DNA of 64,000 bases. It comes from Octopus sinensis (Eukaryota). This document shows positions 41,281 to 55,301 of the stretch, piece by piece. Each line of letters begins with the position of its first letter. Position 1 is the first letter of the stretch. The notes under the pieces were generated by a model. That model ran no database searches, was not told the origin of the DNA, and saw only the letters and a program-made list of their open reading frames with translations. The stretch is from contig NC_043000.1 in NCBI RefSeq assembly GCF_006345805.1, positions 146,692,001 through 146,756,000 on the forward strand, read 5' to 3'. Both the position numbers and the translations under genes were made by a program.

Positions 41281-42522
41281 TATATATAGGAAAATGAAAT
41301 TGAAAAACAGCAACACTTTTAAGAAAAGCAGCTTTGTCAAAGTTGCTTGGTTACCTCATTCATTTCAAAGGCTAAATTCATTCTCGATCTATATGAAAAT
41401 CAATGGTCTTAATGTTAATATTGAGCATTTATGCTATGTGCAGATAAAGTGTGTTATTTTTGTTTAGGAATACTACGTGTTTCGTGGATTAAGTTTTGAT
41501 GTGCAAGTTACTGTTATATGGATGTTGTTTTTTTCTTTTTATAATTAAGTAGTGAGTAGGGAATCAGAAATATCTCCGGTTGATCTAATCCATTTCCATG
41601 AATTCAATGCATTCTACAAAGGCGGCATCTGTGGTATTTTGGCGTTTCAGTAGCCAAACAGAAATTTCATTGACGCATTCCTAACCTATATCTTAGTGCT
41701 TAAGAACATTATGGTATCGCAACTCTAGGTTTAATTTTCTCTTAACTTCTCTTCAGATATGGTTGACTGAATTTTGAATTCCTTGATTGCAATCAAAGTG
41801 TCATTGCAATTTCATATTATTGACTCTTGAACCGAGAGTTTGAATCGTCAGGAAATTTGCAAACTCGGTTGTCTATAGTATAATGGTCGAGCTAGTTATT
41901 TAAAGCTTAATGAAATAGGCATTCATCTGATCCTGTTTAAAAGATTTACGAACTGCTCTATATCCTGCGCTGACACGATACTTAGATCGATAGAAAATGA
42001 TTCATTAAAACAATAAAGGCTACATTGAGATATTTCCATATAAAATTCTGTTATCTGCGCCAGGTAAAAACATACTAAGGAAATATGCTAAATAAAACAG
42101 GAATCTAAGATTCTATTAGAAGTGCTTCTCTTACGGTTGTCGAAATTATTATTAGGTTGCTAGGCATTTTTAAGTGGCAAGAAAAATGGCCGGAAGGAAT
42201 AGTAATAGGATTGATATTTGGATTATAATTATTATTGGGACGTATAAATGTATTTCACGATAAAAATCCAGATGAAAAACTGTTGGACGAGAATATTTAA
42301 TAAAATGTTGGAAAACTGCCATTCGAATATATTCATGAATTTGAAATATGAATGTAATTACAAATATGTTAAGATTGCGTAAGTTGGTTAAAATATTTTT
42401 ATTAATGCCTAAAGTTATAAACCATAACCCGATGATGAAATACTATTGTGTATCACACAAGTAAAGGTCATGTTCTAAAATATAAGGAATCTTTACTATT
42501 AAATTAATTGTTTATCGATATC

Positions 42523-42938
42523 TTTTACGCTTTTACTCTTTTACTTGTTTCAGTCATTTGAACTGCGGCCATGCTGGAGCACCGCCTTTAGTCGAACAAA
42601 TCGATCCCGGGACTTATTCTTTGTAAGCCCAGTACTTATTCTATCGCTCTCTATTGCCGAACCGCTAAGTGACGGCGACGTAAACACACTAGCATCGGTT
42701 GTCAAGCAACGCTAGGGGGACAAACACAGACACACAAACACGTACACACACACATATATACATATACATATATACGACGGGCTTCTTACAGTTTCCGTCT
42801 ACCAAATCCACTCACAAGGCTTTGGTCGGCCCGAGGCTATAGTAGAAGACACTTGCCCAAGGTGCCACGCAGTGTCACTGAACCCGGAACCATGTGGTTG
42901 GTAAGCAAGCTACTTACCACACAGCCACTCCTGCGCCT
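42523..42938 (-). mobile_element. SINE family A, full length
   Basis: Matches the other A copies end to end. Confidence 0.93.
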
Positions 42939-44438
42939 ATAGTGACGATTTGTTAACGACGTCATTGACGATGCTGATTTTCGAATTACTTCACTTTGTT
43001 TTTTATGGCTTCTTTCATTTTTTAATTATTTTACGTCAAGTTTATTGCTGACATTTCTAAATCAGGAAGTTCTCGTACAACTTGTTTATTAATCGTGCAG
43101 AGCCATGCAGAGAGGAGGCGCCTTTCCCTATGGCGAAACACACTGGCAGTGAATTGAACTAAAAATAAGAAGAGGCAAACCTAATTAGTGTAATTTTGTT
43201 TAACTGCTCACAGATCATGGGTGGTTTCTTTTTTCTTTTTCCTTTTTCAATGTTTCTGTCTTTGTGGATTAGTAGTGATCCACAGTATTAGTGATTGCGT
43301 TAAACTATGAATCCATGTTTATATAATGAGTACTTCAGTACAATACATATCGATATTCATTTCCAGTTTTCCTGAGATCTAAAATACTTAAGTGCAAAAT
43401 TAAATACATTCATTAAATTGAAGAAAAACATAAGATCCTTCCTACAAACTGATTTCTCATAATGCAAAAATTGCGTATGAAAGGACAGCGATATATTGCT
43501 TTAGAAATTGCCTCACCGTTGTGATCTCTCTACACTAAACTTAGTACTCTATGAAATTGCTGGTTGTTAATAATGTACATGTGACCTTTAGTTTATTACT
43601 GTGACTACTTTCTCTTCTAATTTCTGGCCTCCATCATCTATTCTTTGTAAATAGCATAAGAGTAAATCTTCCCGCAAGCGAATTCTATAATCCAGTGTCT
43701 GGTGGTCCTCATGGATAGCATATCTTTTCACTTCCATTGTTTATTGTGAGCAATATTTATATCTACAACAGAAAGCAAACTAAACTTAACGATGTCTAAA
43801 ACATTCGTTCTTGTATATTTTAGATATTGGCTCAGTATACGCAATGATTAATGTAATTATTTAAAATGCCTTGAGCTAACTTGTATTCTCCATGTATAAG
43901 ATAGGCCATTATCTTACTATAGCTTCATATAATAAAATAAATAAAGCAAAACACAACATAGCAAATAAACACATGAAGTAAAAATATTAATTTTTTTTTT
44001 TTAATATATAATAGTTAAAAGAAAAAAAATAAAGTTAAATAAATAAAATTTGTAAAAGATAAATTTGGATGTAGAAAATATGATATCAGTAAATATAGCC
44101 GAAAATCTTGCGAAAATATAACAGAACAGGGGAAATGAAGTTGCACAGAAATTGCACGAGAAAAATTATTGTAACTAATAAAAATGTTAGAAAACAGGTA
44201 ATGGAAAGGTATACCTAGAGAGTACGTTTATAAATAGAGGCGAAATTATAAAGTTCTGCTAACCTCTCTGGAATGCGAACAGCTTACCGATAAAACTATT
44301 CGGTAATTTCAATACAGTGACCGCAAAGAATTTCAGTTATAAGCATGTTATACTCGAATAATTACAGAAGGTATCTCATTTTATGCATAACGAGCAAAAT
44401 AAGTGATGTTACTATGCAAAAGCATCCATATATGCATA

Positions 44439-44948
44439 TCTATATATATAAAACTGTAGTTGTGTGAGTGTCTGTCCCCTTCGATTTAGATTCCTAACTA
44501 CTACCACATTTTGCGGTGCAGTTTAACCAAATTCGGGTATCTTATAGTCATGATTCATATGGAGCCCGTCTGGCTATTAGCGCGCGTCAACGATGAGTCT
44601 ACGATTTTAAAAATAATTTAACATCATTTTTTATTCCATTTTAATGCATAATTTTTCGTGTGTCGATGGCGGCGGAGTTGGCGTCCAGGCTCACAGCTGC
44701 ACCTGTTTGCTTGTCCCCCTTCCCTCCCTCGTGAAGCTGTGGGGAAGGGAGTGTAAAGAAATCAACGTCGTAATGCGTTGTCAAGGAGACCAGCGTTCTT
44801 TTAGAACAACGACTTCATGGCTTGAAGACACCAAAACAGAAATGGCTAAGAAAGTCCGAATTGGCATCTATAAGGGAAGTAACTCTCTAAAAATGCTTAT
44901 ATAGTTATTTCCCTTACAAACCCGAGCAACGCCGGGCGATACTGCTAG
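44439..44948 (+). mobile_element. Non-autonomous Helitron, tandem copy 1, with extra internal segment
   Basis: A|TC at 44438-44440; CCCGAGCAACGCCGGG then CTAG at 44945-44948. Confidence 0.9.
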
Positions 44949-45346
44949 TCTTTATATATAAAAGTAAGGTTGTGTGTCTGTCTCCTACGATTTAGATTCC
45001 TAACTAGTCCCACATTTTGCGGTCCAGTTTAACCAAAACCGGGTATCTTATAGTCGTGATTCATATAGAGCCCTTCTGAGTATTAGCGCGCGTCTACGAT
45101 GAGTCTACGATTTTAAAAATAATTTATCATCATTTTTTTCCATTTTAATGCATTTTTTCGCTATGATATAAGGGAAGTAACTCTCCAAAAATGTCTACGA
45201 TGAGTCAACAATTTAAAAAAAAAATTACCATCATTTTGTTTCCATTTTTAATGCATTTTTTTGCTATTTTTTGGCTATAACTCTCTAAAAATGCTTATAT
45301 AGTTATTTCCCTTACAAATTCGAGCAACGCCGGGCGATACTGCTAG
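44949..45346 (+). mobile_element. Non-autonomous Helitron, tandem copy 2
   Basis: TC at 44949 directly after the CTAG of copy 1; ends CTAG|T at 45343-45347. Confidence 0.9.
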
Positions 45347-45419
45347 TATATATATATATTCCTTGAGCAAGCTGAAACCAAAAATATACGATTATTACCT
45401 CAATTAATAAACTCAATTT

Positions 45420-45628
45420 CGACTTCAAATTTTGGCACAGGGCCAGCTAATTGGGGAGGGGGTACATTGATTCTATCGACCCCAACATTCAGCTGGTATT
45501 TATTTTATTGACCCTTAGTGAATGAAAGGCAAAGCCGACTTCGACTGGATTTGAACTCAGAACGTGAAGACGGATGAAATGGCATTAAGCATTTCGCCAG
45601 GCGTGCTGACGATTCTGCGAGCCCACCG
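45420..45628 (-). mobile_element. SINE family B
   Basis: GAAAGGCAAAGCCGAC...ATTTGAACTCAGAACG core. Confidence 0.8.
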
Positions 45629-45911
45629 CATTGTGTCTACCTAAAATATTAATACATATTCATACATACAACAATACATTTTCTCACAGAGAACCTTGAG
45701 AACACACGGAAACTAGACGTTCACGAAAGGAAACACCACATTGACACATGTACCCTATAGAGACGGATAGATGGACGAAAGGACACACGTACAAACATCA
45801 TACAAGTAGGTCATATTATTCATTTTTCTTTCCTATCGCCCTTTCATTTCCCTTCATTCAATTTCTACTTCAGAAATATTTTCAAGTGAGTGCATACCGG
45901 TAAGCAATGAC

Positions 45912-45993
<82 letters not shown>

Positions 45994-46084
45994 GCGGAAG
46001 AAATAGATAGATACATATATATCATCTATATATGTATATATATATACACACTTACGCATACATACATATATATTTCATATATAT

Positions 46085-46117
<33 letters not shown>

Positions 46118-46184
46118 TCATATATATATATATATATATAATATTATATAATATACATACATAAATGTATATAATATATATTCG

Positions 46185-46350
46185 GGACCCCCCTCCGGTC
46201 ACGACACTGACCATGGTATTGCACCTAGTACCCTCCTAGTCACAAGTCTGGGCAAGGTGGTTTATGGAAGACCAGCAGTCGCCCATGCATACGGTCTCCC
46301 CTCTCCACGCCACCAGTGTTGTCCAAGGGAAAGGCACCCGTGACGTCGCA
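46185..46350 (-). mobile_element. Short GC-rich interspersed repeat, possibly RTE-UTR derived
   Basis: GC-rich island between TA tracts; recalled as a frequent octopus repeat, not verified. Confidence 0.4.
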
Positions 46351-46365
46351 ACTCATTTCTACACA

Positions 46366-46414
<49 letters not shown>

Positions 46415-46421
46415 ATACACA

Positions 46422-47660
46422 CACAGAGGTTGCGTAAGGTGTTTGAGAATAAATATTAATTTTACTATAGCAACCTATTTATAAATTTAATATTTTCTAT
46501 ATTTCAGAATTACCAATTCTAGTCCCTATGATTACACAAGAAATGAAGAAGTACGCAGTCATCGTGGCTATAAAGGCTGAACATAGCAATTTAGAAATAG
46601 CACGCTTTTTAAAAGTCGCTAGATCTTCGTCTACAAAATTCGCAAGGTGTTAGAAGCAAAGACGGAAATGTATCACCAGTATCAAAACATAAGACACATT
46701 GTAGACGCATTGAAACTATTAGAACGCCAGAATTTATTCAACAAGTAAAGTAGAACATTGATGACAATTCCAGAAGATCCGTGAGGCTGATTGCAAAGGA
46801 ATACCATGTGGCAGAAGAAACAATCTGAAATGTTGTCTACAAAGACATCAGATACAAATCTTACGCGATGAGAAAAGGTCATTTCATGTCAGAAACAGTG
46901 AAGGAAAATCGCTTAATCAGATCTAAAAGACTCCTGAACAAATTTCAAAACCCAGCAGAGAAAAATGTCATTTGGTTCTTCTTAGACGAGAAAAACTTTG
47001 ATCAAGATCATTAAGTGAACAGAAGAAATGACTGATGGTTATGTATAGATCCTACGGAAGTTCCAAAAGTAAAGCATACAAAATTTTGGGGGGTTGTCAG
47101 TAATGAAGAACATGTGATGCCTTCTCACTTCTTTCCACGAGGTCTTCGAGTAAACTCTGCTGTCTACATAGATGTTCTGAATACAGAGGTTAAGCCATGG
47201 ATCGATAATGTATGCAACTGAAGACCTTATGTGTTTCAACTAGACTCGGAATCATCACACAAGGATACAGCAACGCAGCAATGGAAGACGGAAAATTTTC
47301 ATAAACACATAACCCCCTACATTTGGCCTCCTAGCTCTCCGGATCTCAATCCATTGGACAACTATGTATGGAGTGTAGCTGAGGAAGAGATTGATGAGCC
47401 CCCTCATAACACCAAAAGCCTTCAAAGTCAGAGTAAAGTCCAATAAGAACACAGACCACTTGATCCTAGCATGTAGGCGATTCAGACCTCGCATAGAAGC
47501 CGTTATTGAAGCTGAAAGAGACTTTCTTGAATAAAATGACGAAACAATAAGTTTATTCTTATCCTCAAAACCTTTTTCAGTAAAAAGGCAATACTGTCTG
47601 AATCTAAGAGTCTTTTTGTGTAAGTATATAACTGTCCTCAAATACCTTACACACCCTGTG
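46422..47660 (+). mobile_element. Defective DD37D (maT-type) Tc1/mariner transposon
   Basis: Imperfect TIRs CACAGAGGTTGCGTAAGGTGTTTGAG and CTCAAATACCTTACACACCCTGTG; WFFLDEKNF; VFQLD-37 aa-D with WPPSSPDLNPLD; internal stops. Confidence 0.92.
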
Positions 47661-47744
47661 CATATGTATATATATATATTATACACACTTATGTAGGTCA
47701 TAGTATCGTAAGAACTATTTTAATTGTTTCTAATTCAAGCACAA

Positions 47745-47945
47745 ACCCAGCAATTCTGAAAGGAAGTAGGTTTGTCGATCACATTAACCCAAGAACTTGT
47801 TGAGCACTTTATTTTAGCGAGACCGAAGGGATGAAAGGTAAAACTGACCGCGATGAGATTTTGAACTCGGGGCCAAGGATTTGTAACAATTCTCCGCTCA
47901 GCATTTTGCACTACAACCTAACGATTCTACCAATCGACCACTTTC
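47745..47945 (-). mobile_element. SINE family B (degenerate)
   Basis: CGAAGGGATGAAAGGTAAAACTGAC...TTTGAACTC. Confidence 0.65.
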
Positions 47946-48435
47946 TATGTGCTATAATAGAATAATGTTCAGAATACCGCTCCATTGTGAGATAATTTTA
48001 GCCTATTTGTAAGCTCTTTCGTCTAATTTATACTTCACTGCCAAAGAAGTTTAGGCAAGAATTAAATGACTCTGTCATATTATTCATGTTTCTTTCCTAT
48101 CGCCCCTTCGTTTCCCCTTACTTCATTCAATTTCTACTACAGAAATATTTTTAAGTGATTGCATACCGGTAAGCAATGACATCTCTCTGTCTCTGTCTCT
48201 CTGTCTGTCTCTCTCGGAAGAGATAGAGAGATACATATATATGCATCCATATATGCATATATATATACTTATGTATAAATATATATATATTCATATTATA
48301 TATATATATATTATATACATATATAGCAAAATAAATAAAACATATGCATATATACATACATATATGTACGTATCTACATCTATATGCATCCATATATGCA
48401 TATATATTATATATATATATTATACAAAAATGTTA

Positions 48436-48476
<41 letters not shown>

Positions 48477-48480
48477 CATT

Positions 48481-48544
<64 letters not shown>

Positions 48545-48666
48545 GTATGTATACAAAAATGTTTATATACACACATACACACACATATATATATATATAT
48601 ACATTTTTGTATACATGTATATATATACGTACATACATACATACACAAATGTATACAAACACACAC

Positions 48667-48697
<31 letters not shown>

Positions 48698-49774
48698 TGA
48701 TATAATTTGCATTTTTGCATTTTATTCGTGTGGTTGTCTTGTTTTGGTTTGAGAGCTGAAGCATGTTAACTTTTCTTTTTTCTTTTTTGGCGTTGGTGGA
48801 AGCGAGTTTGGTTATTTTATTTCGTTGTTGCTTGTTTCATTTTATTTGTCCTAAATATTCTATACAGAGAATTGGCAGGATATACTATTACATCTTCCTG
48901 CTAATTTGAAAAGAGCCGCTTCTATTGCTTCTGCAGCTGCTGGTTCCATTATGAAAGTGCTGTTCCATTTACGGACTAAGTGAGTGGTTATCATACACGA
49001 CACTAGCTGTCACATAGGTTAATTTTCCATTCACCAGTTGAATGCATTTGTGTGTTTGCGCCGCATGTTATTGTAGTCATTGCCTGTGAAAAGCAATAAT
49101 TGACTTTCCTTTAAGCATCTTAGGAGTAAGGACGAAATCTGTCACATTTATATAGTACTTTAATTAAATTTTATTCCCTCGAATCTTTTTCCCGGACGTT
49201 TTGAATTGGCATTCAATATCTGAATCATTTAGACGATCATCTTACTTGAATACTGTGCTGACCTCTTCCACAAACATGTTCCGTTACTGCGGATAAATTA
49301 GGCATAAATAAAAATCACTGCGCTCCACATCTCTTAACCTAAATGCCATTGTGCGATAAAAATGGCAAGGGAAAGAATAAAGTGCTATATTTATAATACT
49401 CAGTTAAACAACATTGCCATCTATGCCTCAGATTACTTTTAACGGTATACTAATAATCCCTATGTATATATATATATACACGCATATTTATACATATATC
49501 TACGTATACGAACGCGAGCGTGTATGTATGTGTGTGTTTGCTTTTGATGTATGCATGTATGTATGTATGTATCCAATAAATGCCTTAAGGCTGTATCATG
49601 CGCAAGGACATAGAAATAATCGGACTGAATACCCGATCGCGCGGTTAAACCAATGGATGTGAAGGACTCCTAGCCTTTGTTAGGGCATCCTTCTAGGAGA
49701 AGGTAACTCTGAAAACTGGGATAACTCCGACATAAAACCTGCGGCTCAGTGGTTACCGATGATGTTGACTTGTT

Positions 49775-49999
49775 CTGGCAGAATCGTTAGCACGCCGGGC
49801 GAGATGCTTAGCGGTATTTCGTCTGCTGTTACGTTCTGAGTTCTAATTCCGCCGAGGTCGACTTTGCCTTTCATCCTTTCGAAGTCGATAGATTAAGTAC
49901 CAGTTACGCACTGGGATCGATATAATCGACTTAATCCGTTTGTCTGTCCTTGTTTGTCCCCTCTGTGTTTTAACCCCTTGTGGGTAGTAAAGAAATAGG
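49775..49999 (+). mobile_element. SINE family B, long-tail variant
   Basis: CTGGCAGAATCGTTAGCACGCCGGGCG head; tail TTAATCCGTTTGTCTGTCC...GTAGTAAAGAAATAGG, also seen at 59443. Confidence 0.92.
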
Positions 50000-50103
50000 A
50001 TTATGGCTGCTGTTGCTTAGTGAGTGTGATTTACTCAGTGCACAGCCTTTCCTCACTTTAAATAAATCTACTTGCACAGGCATTGCACTATAACAACATT
50101 GAT

Positions 50104-50186
50104 TAAGCTTCGTGCAATGGTCATACTCGATAACGAGGGGGCAGCCACCATGTATGTATGTATGTATGTATGTATGTATGTATCAA
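50104..50186 (+). mobile_element. RTE-like LINE extreme 3' end with (ATGT)n tail
   Basis: Near-identical, inverted, to 61498-61576. Confidence 0.7.
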
Positions 50187-50324
50187 ACAAAAGGTAAAAA
50201 GGATTCATAAATCCAAGCAGATATCTAGATCTAGAAAGAATAATAGAAATGATCAATGGTAATGTATGTTGTAACCATCAGTTAAGGATATGATTTTCTC
50301 CATTCCTGCTCATGTTGTTAGATA

Positions 50325-52062
<1,738 letters not shown>

Positions 52063-52069
52063 TGGATAT

Positions 52070-52465
52070 TTCATAGCATTGCCCAACTGATGTTGGTATC
52101 ACCTGTAAGATACACCCAATGCTTGGGCCCCGTGTTATCCGCCCACAACAAATCACACTCGCATCTCTTGACAAGAATACGGCAAAATTATTTCCCCTCA
52201 ATTGGCCCCGCTCTCTTTAACATTACACCTAAACATATTAAAGCAGAAACAGACCCTCAAAAAGTTCAAGAAGCCTTTTGACAAATTCCTTCAAGGAATC
52301 CGGATAAACATTCTACTCCAAGCTATGTTTCCGTAAAAATCTAACTCTCTACTTGAGTGGGCTATGTTGTCCGAATCCTGATTTGAATGATTTCACCAGG
52401 AGGTGCTATTAAGTTAGGCATGTCCTGGACCAATACTGGCTGAAACTTATCAACGTATCCAAGTA
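52070..52465 (+). mobile_element. Second, older 3' fragment of the CR1-type LINE
   Basis: Colinear with 35265-35650 ([23 protein letters not shown], same 3' UTR). Confidence 0.92.
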
Positions 52466-53290
52466 TATGTTTGCATGTATATATTTCACTCTCATTGTTT
52501 CACTGTCTTGCTTAGATGAACTAAGATTGTACGACCTAGATTTCTGTGCGTCTCTCTCCAATAAGTTCTTTGCATGTGTGTGTATGTGTAATTGTGTGTA
52601 TGTGTGTGTCTCAGTGTGTGTGTGTATCTTTACATGTTATTTTTGGTTGAATGTAATACCCAACATCGATCCTACGCAAAACTGAATTATCTTTCCTTTG
52701 ACCAAGTTTCACTATATCTACCATCACAGCCAAATTCCTCTCAACAACACACAGCCTTCTTTCAAAATGATCATATGACTCAGTTTAATCATGAATTCAT
52801 TATACATAGGCGAAGAACTTTGAGGTTACCGTTGGAATACCTTTGGCCATAGGTGTGTTCGATTGGATCTTAGGATACAATTTCTATTCTAATTCTCTCT
52901 ACATATTCATGGGGAATCTATTGGTCCACATCATTTACTTTTGTTCATAGTCACCAATTACTATTCTACTACGCTCATTTGATTCACCTGCAGTTCTGTA
53001 ATTTCTGCAGCCACCAACAGTTTCTAGTATTTTGTCTATATTTGCAGTAAAAAAAACACTTATTTCACTCCCTTTCTTAAGTCTTATTATACTCTTGGTA
53101 TGAGGCGACGAGCTGGCAAAATCATTAGCACGTCTGGTAAAATGCTTAGCGGCATTTCTGTCAGTGAGCAAGTCGTGGTTTTAAAGCGACGAGAATATTT
53201 TGAAAAATTAAATTTAAATGCTGAAGTATATCTAACGGTTTCGTGTATTTTAAATGGCTTATAAACACCTTCCACGCTACAATTGTGTCT

Positions 53291-53331
<41 letters not shown>

Positions 53332-53335
<4 letters not shown>

Positions 53336-54260
53336 CAACATCTGCCTGTGTTCGGATTATCCTTGCACAGGGGCCATCCGGACTCCCGTCTTCACCGTGA
53401 ACAGGGATTAATCATCTCTCTTCGCTCCTTTACGCCACATGGGCGCAACTCTCCACCCCTCTCCTCTTTTCCTCTCACATCTATTCCTCTCAACCACCTC
53501 TCCTCTCTTGCTCCGACTCCTACTTCTTCTCTTTACTCCCACTCTCCTTCTCTCTTGTCTTCACTCATACCCACCTTCTCCCTTCCCCCTCTCCCTTCAT
53601 CGTCACCCCTCCCTCGTAATCCCACCCCTACACAATACAACCCCACATTCCCTATCCATCCCATCCCACCCCCACCCTATCCCTTACATCCACTCCCACA
53701 TACCCCACCTCTACCTCCACCCTCAACCTAACCCACACCCCACACTTGCTTTCCCCATTCTCGCCTCCCCCACATCCGAAAAGCACCGCAACACACCACC
53801 ACACCATACACCATCATACCACACAGCACCACATCACATCACACCATCACGCACACACTAGCACTGACCACCTCCCAGCCCTACACGATCATCCACACAC
53901 CTACACATGCACACATCCACAAGTCAAGGTCACCAGCCCTCTTCTACAATCACATACAAACTCTCTTAAACACACGTACGCGCACCTTCGTTTTGGGATC
54001 ACCACTACTTTAATATCTCCCCTTCTCCTTAGCTCTCCTGTGTGACCCTTCTGTCCGGCATTCTCCATGATAGATCGCTAGCCACTACACATTCTTTATT
54101 TTCTATCCCTGTTTCTTCCTGTGTTCCTTTCTGTTGAAGAGCGTAGGCTCGAAACGTTAAAAACTTTTTCACTTGCCGGGCGTTAAACTGATACATCTGT
54201 TTGTTGTCAACACTACCTGTCTTCGTCTTTTGATTTTTGTGTGAATTCTCCCTATATATG

Positions 54261-54265
<5 letters not shown>
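53332..54265 (+). mobile_element. Penelope-like element 3' end/pLTR, tandem copy 1
   Basis: LQHLPVFGLSLHRGHPDSRLHREQGLIISLRSFTPHGRN resembles the PLE GIY-YIG C-terminus (REQxLIxxLxxxxPxGxN); hammerhead-like motif at 54128-54161. Confidence 0.8.
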
Positions 54266-54324
<59 letters not shown>

Positions 54325-54330
54325 TATATA

Positions 54331-55257
54331 TTTGCAACATCTGCCTGTGTTCGGATTATCCTTGCACAGGGGCCATCCGGACTCCCGTCTTCACCGTGAA
54401 CAGGGATTAATCATCTCTCTTCGCTCCTTTACGCCACATGGGCGCAACTCTCCACCCCTCTCCTCTTTTCCTCTCACATCTATTCCTCTCAACCACCTCT
54501 CCTCTCTTGCTCCGACTCCTACTTCTTCTCTTTACTCCCACTCTCCTTCTCTCTTGTCTTCACTCCTACCCACCTTCTCCTTCCCCCTCTCCTTCATCGT
54601 CACCCCTCCCTCGTAATCCCACCCCTACACAATACAACCCCACATTCCCTATCCATCCCATCCCACCCCCACCCTATCCCTTACATCCACTCCCACATAC
54701 CCCACCTCTACCTCCACCCTCAACCTAACCCACACCCCACACTTGCTTTCCCCATTCTCGCCTCCCCCACATCCGAAAAGCACCGCAACACACCACCACA
54801 CCATACACCATCATACCACACAGCACCACATCACATCACACCATCACGCACACACTACCACTGACCACCTCCCAGCCCTACACGATCATCCACACACCTA
54901 CACATGCACACATCCACAAGTCAAGGTCACCAGCCCTCTTCTACACGCACATACAAACTCTCTTAAACACACGTACGCGCACCTTCGTTTTGGGATCACC
55001 ACTACTTTAATATCTCCCCTTCTCCCTAGCTCTCCTGTGTGACCCTTCTGTCCGGCATTCTCCATGATAGATCGCTAGCCACTACACATTCTTTATTTTC
55101 TATCCCTGTTTCTTCCTGTGTTCCTTTTTGTTGAAGAGCGTAGGCTCGAAACGTTAAAAACTTTTTCACTTGCCGAGCGTTAAACTGATACATCTGTTTG
55201 TTGTCAACACTACCTGTCTTCGTCTTTTGATTTTTGTGTGAATTCTCCCTATATATG

Positions 55258-55262
<5 letters not shown>
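54331..55262 (+). mobile_element. Penelope-like element 3' end/pLTR, tandem copy 2
   Basis: Starts 999 bp after copy 1; only a handful of differences seen; motif at 55125-55158. Confidence 0.85.

Positions 55263-55301
<39 letters not shown>

Noticed and set aside
43580-43777. Minus-strand candidate exon with AG acceptor and MEVKRYAIHEDHQTLDY... frame
   Set aside because: About 50 codons, no recognisable homology and a weak donor; opposite strand to the other exon candidates
53243-55042. Pro/His/Ser-rich ORFs
   Set aside because: Translations of the C-rich non-coding tract of the Penelope-like units; only the first ~40 aa after the TA run are meaningful
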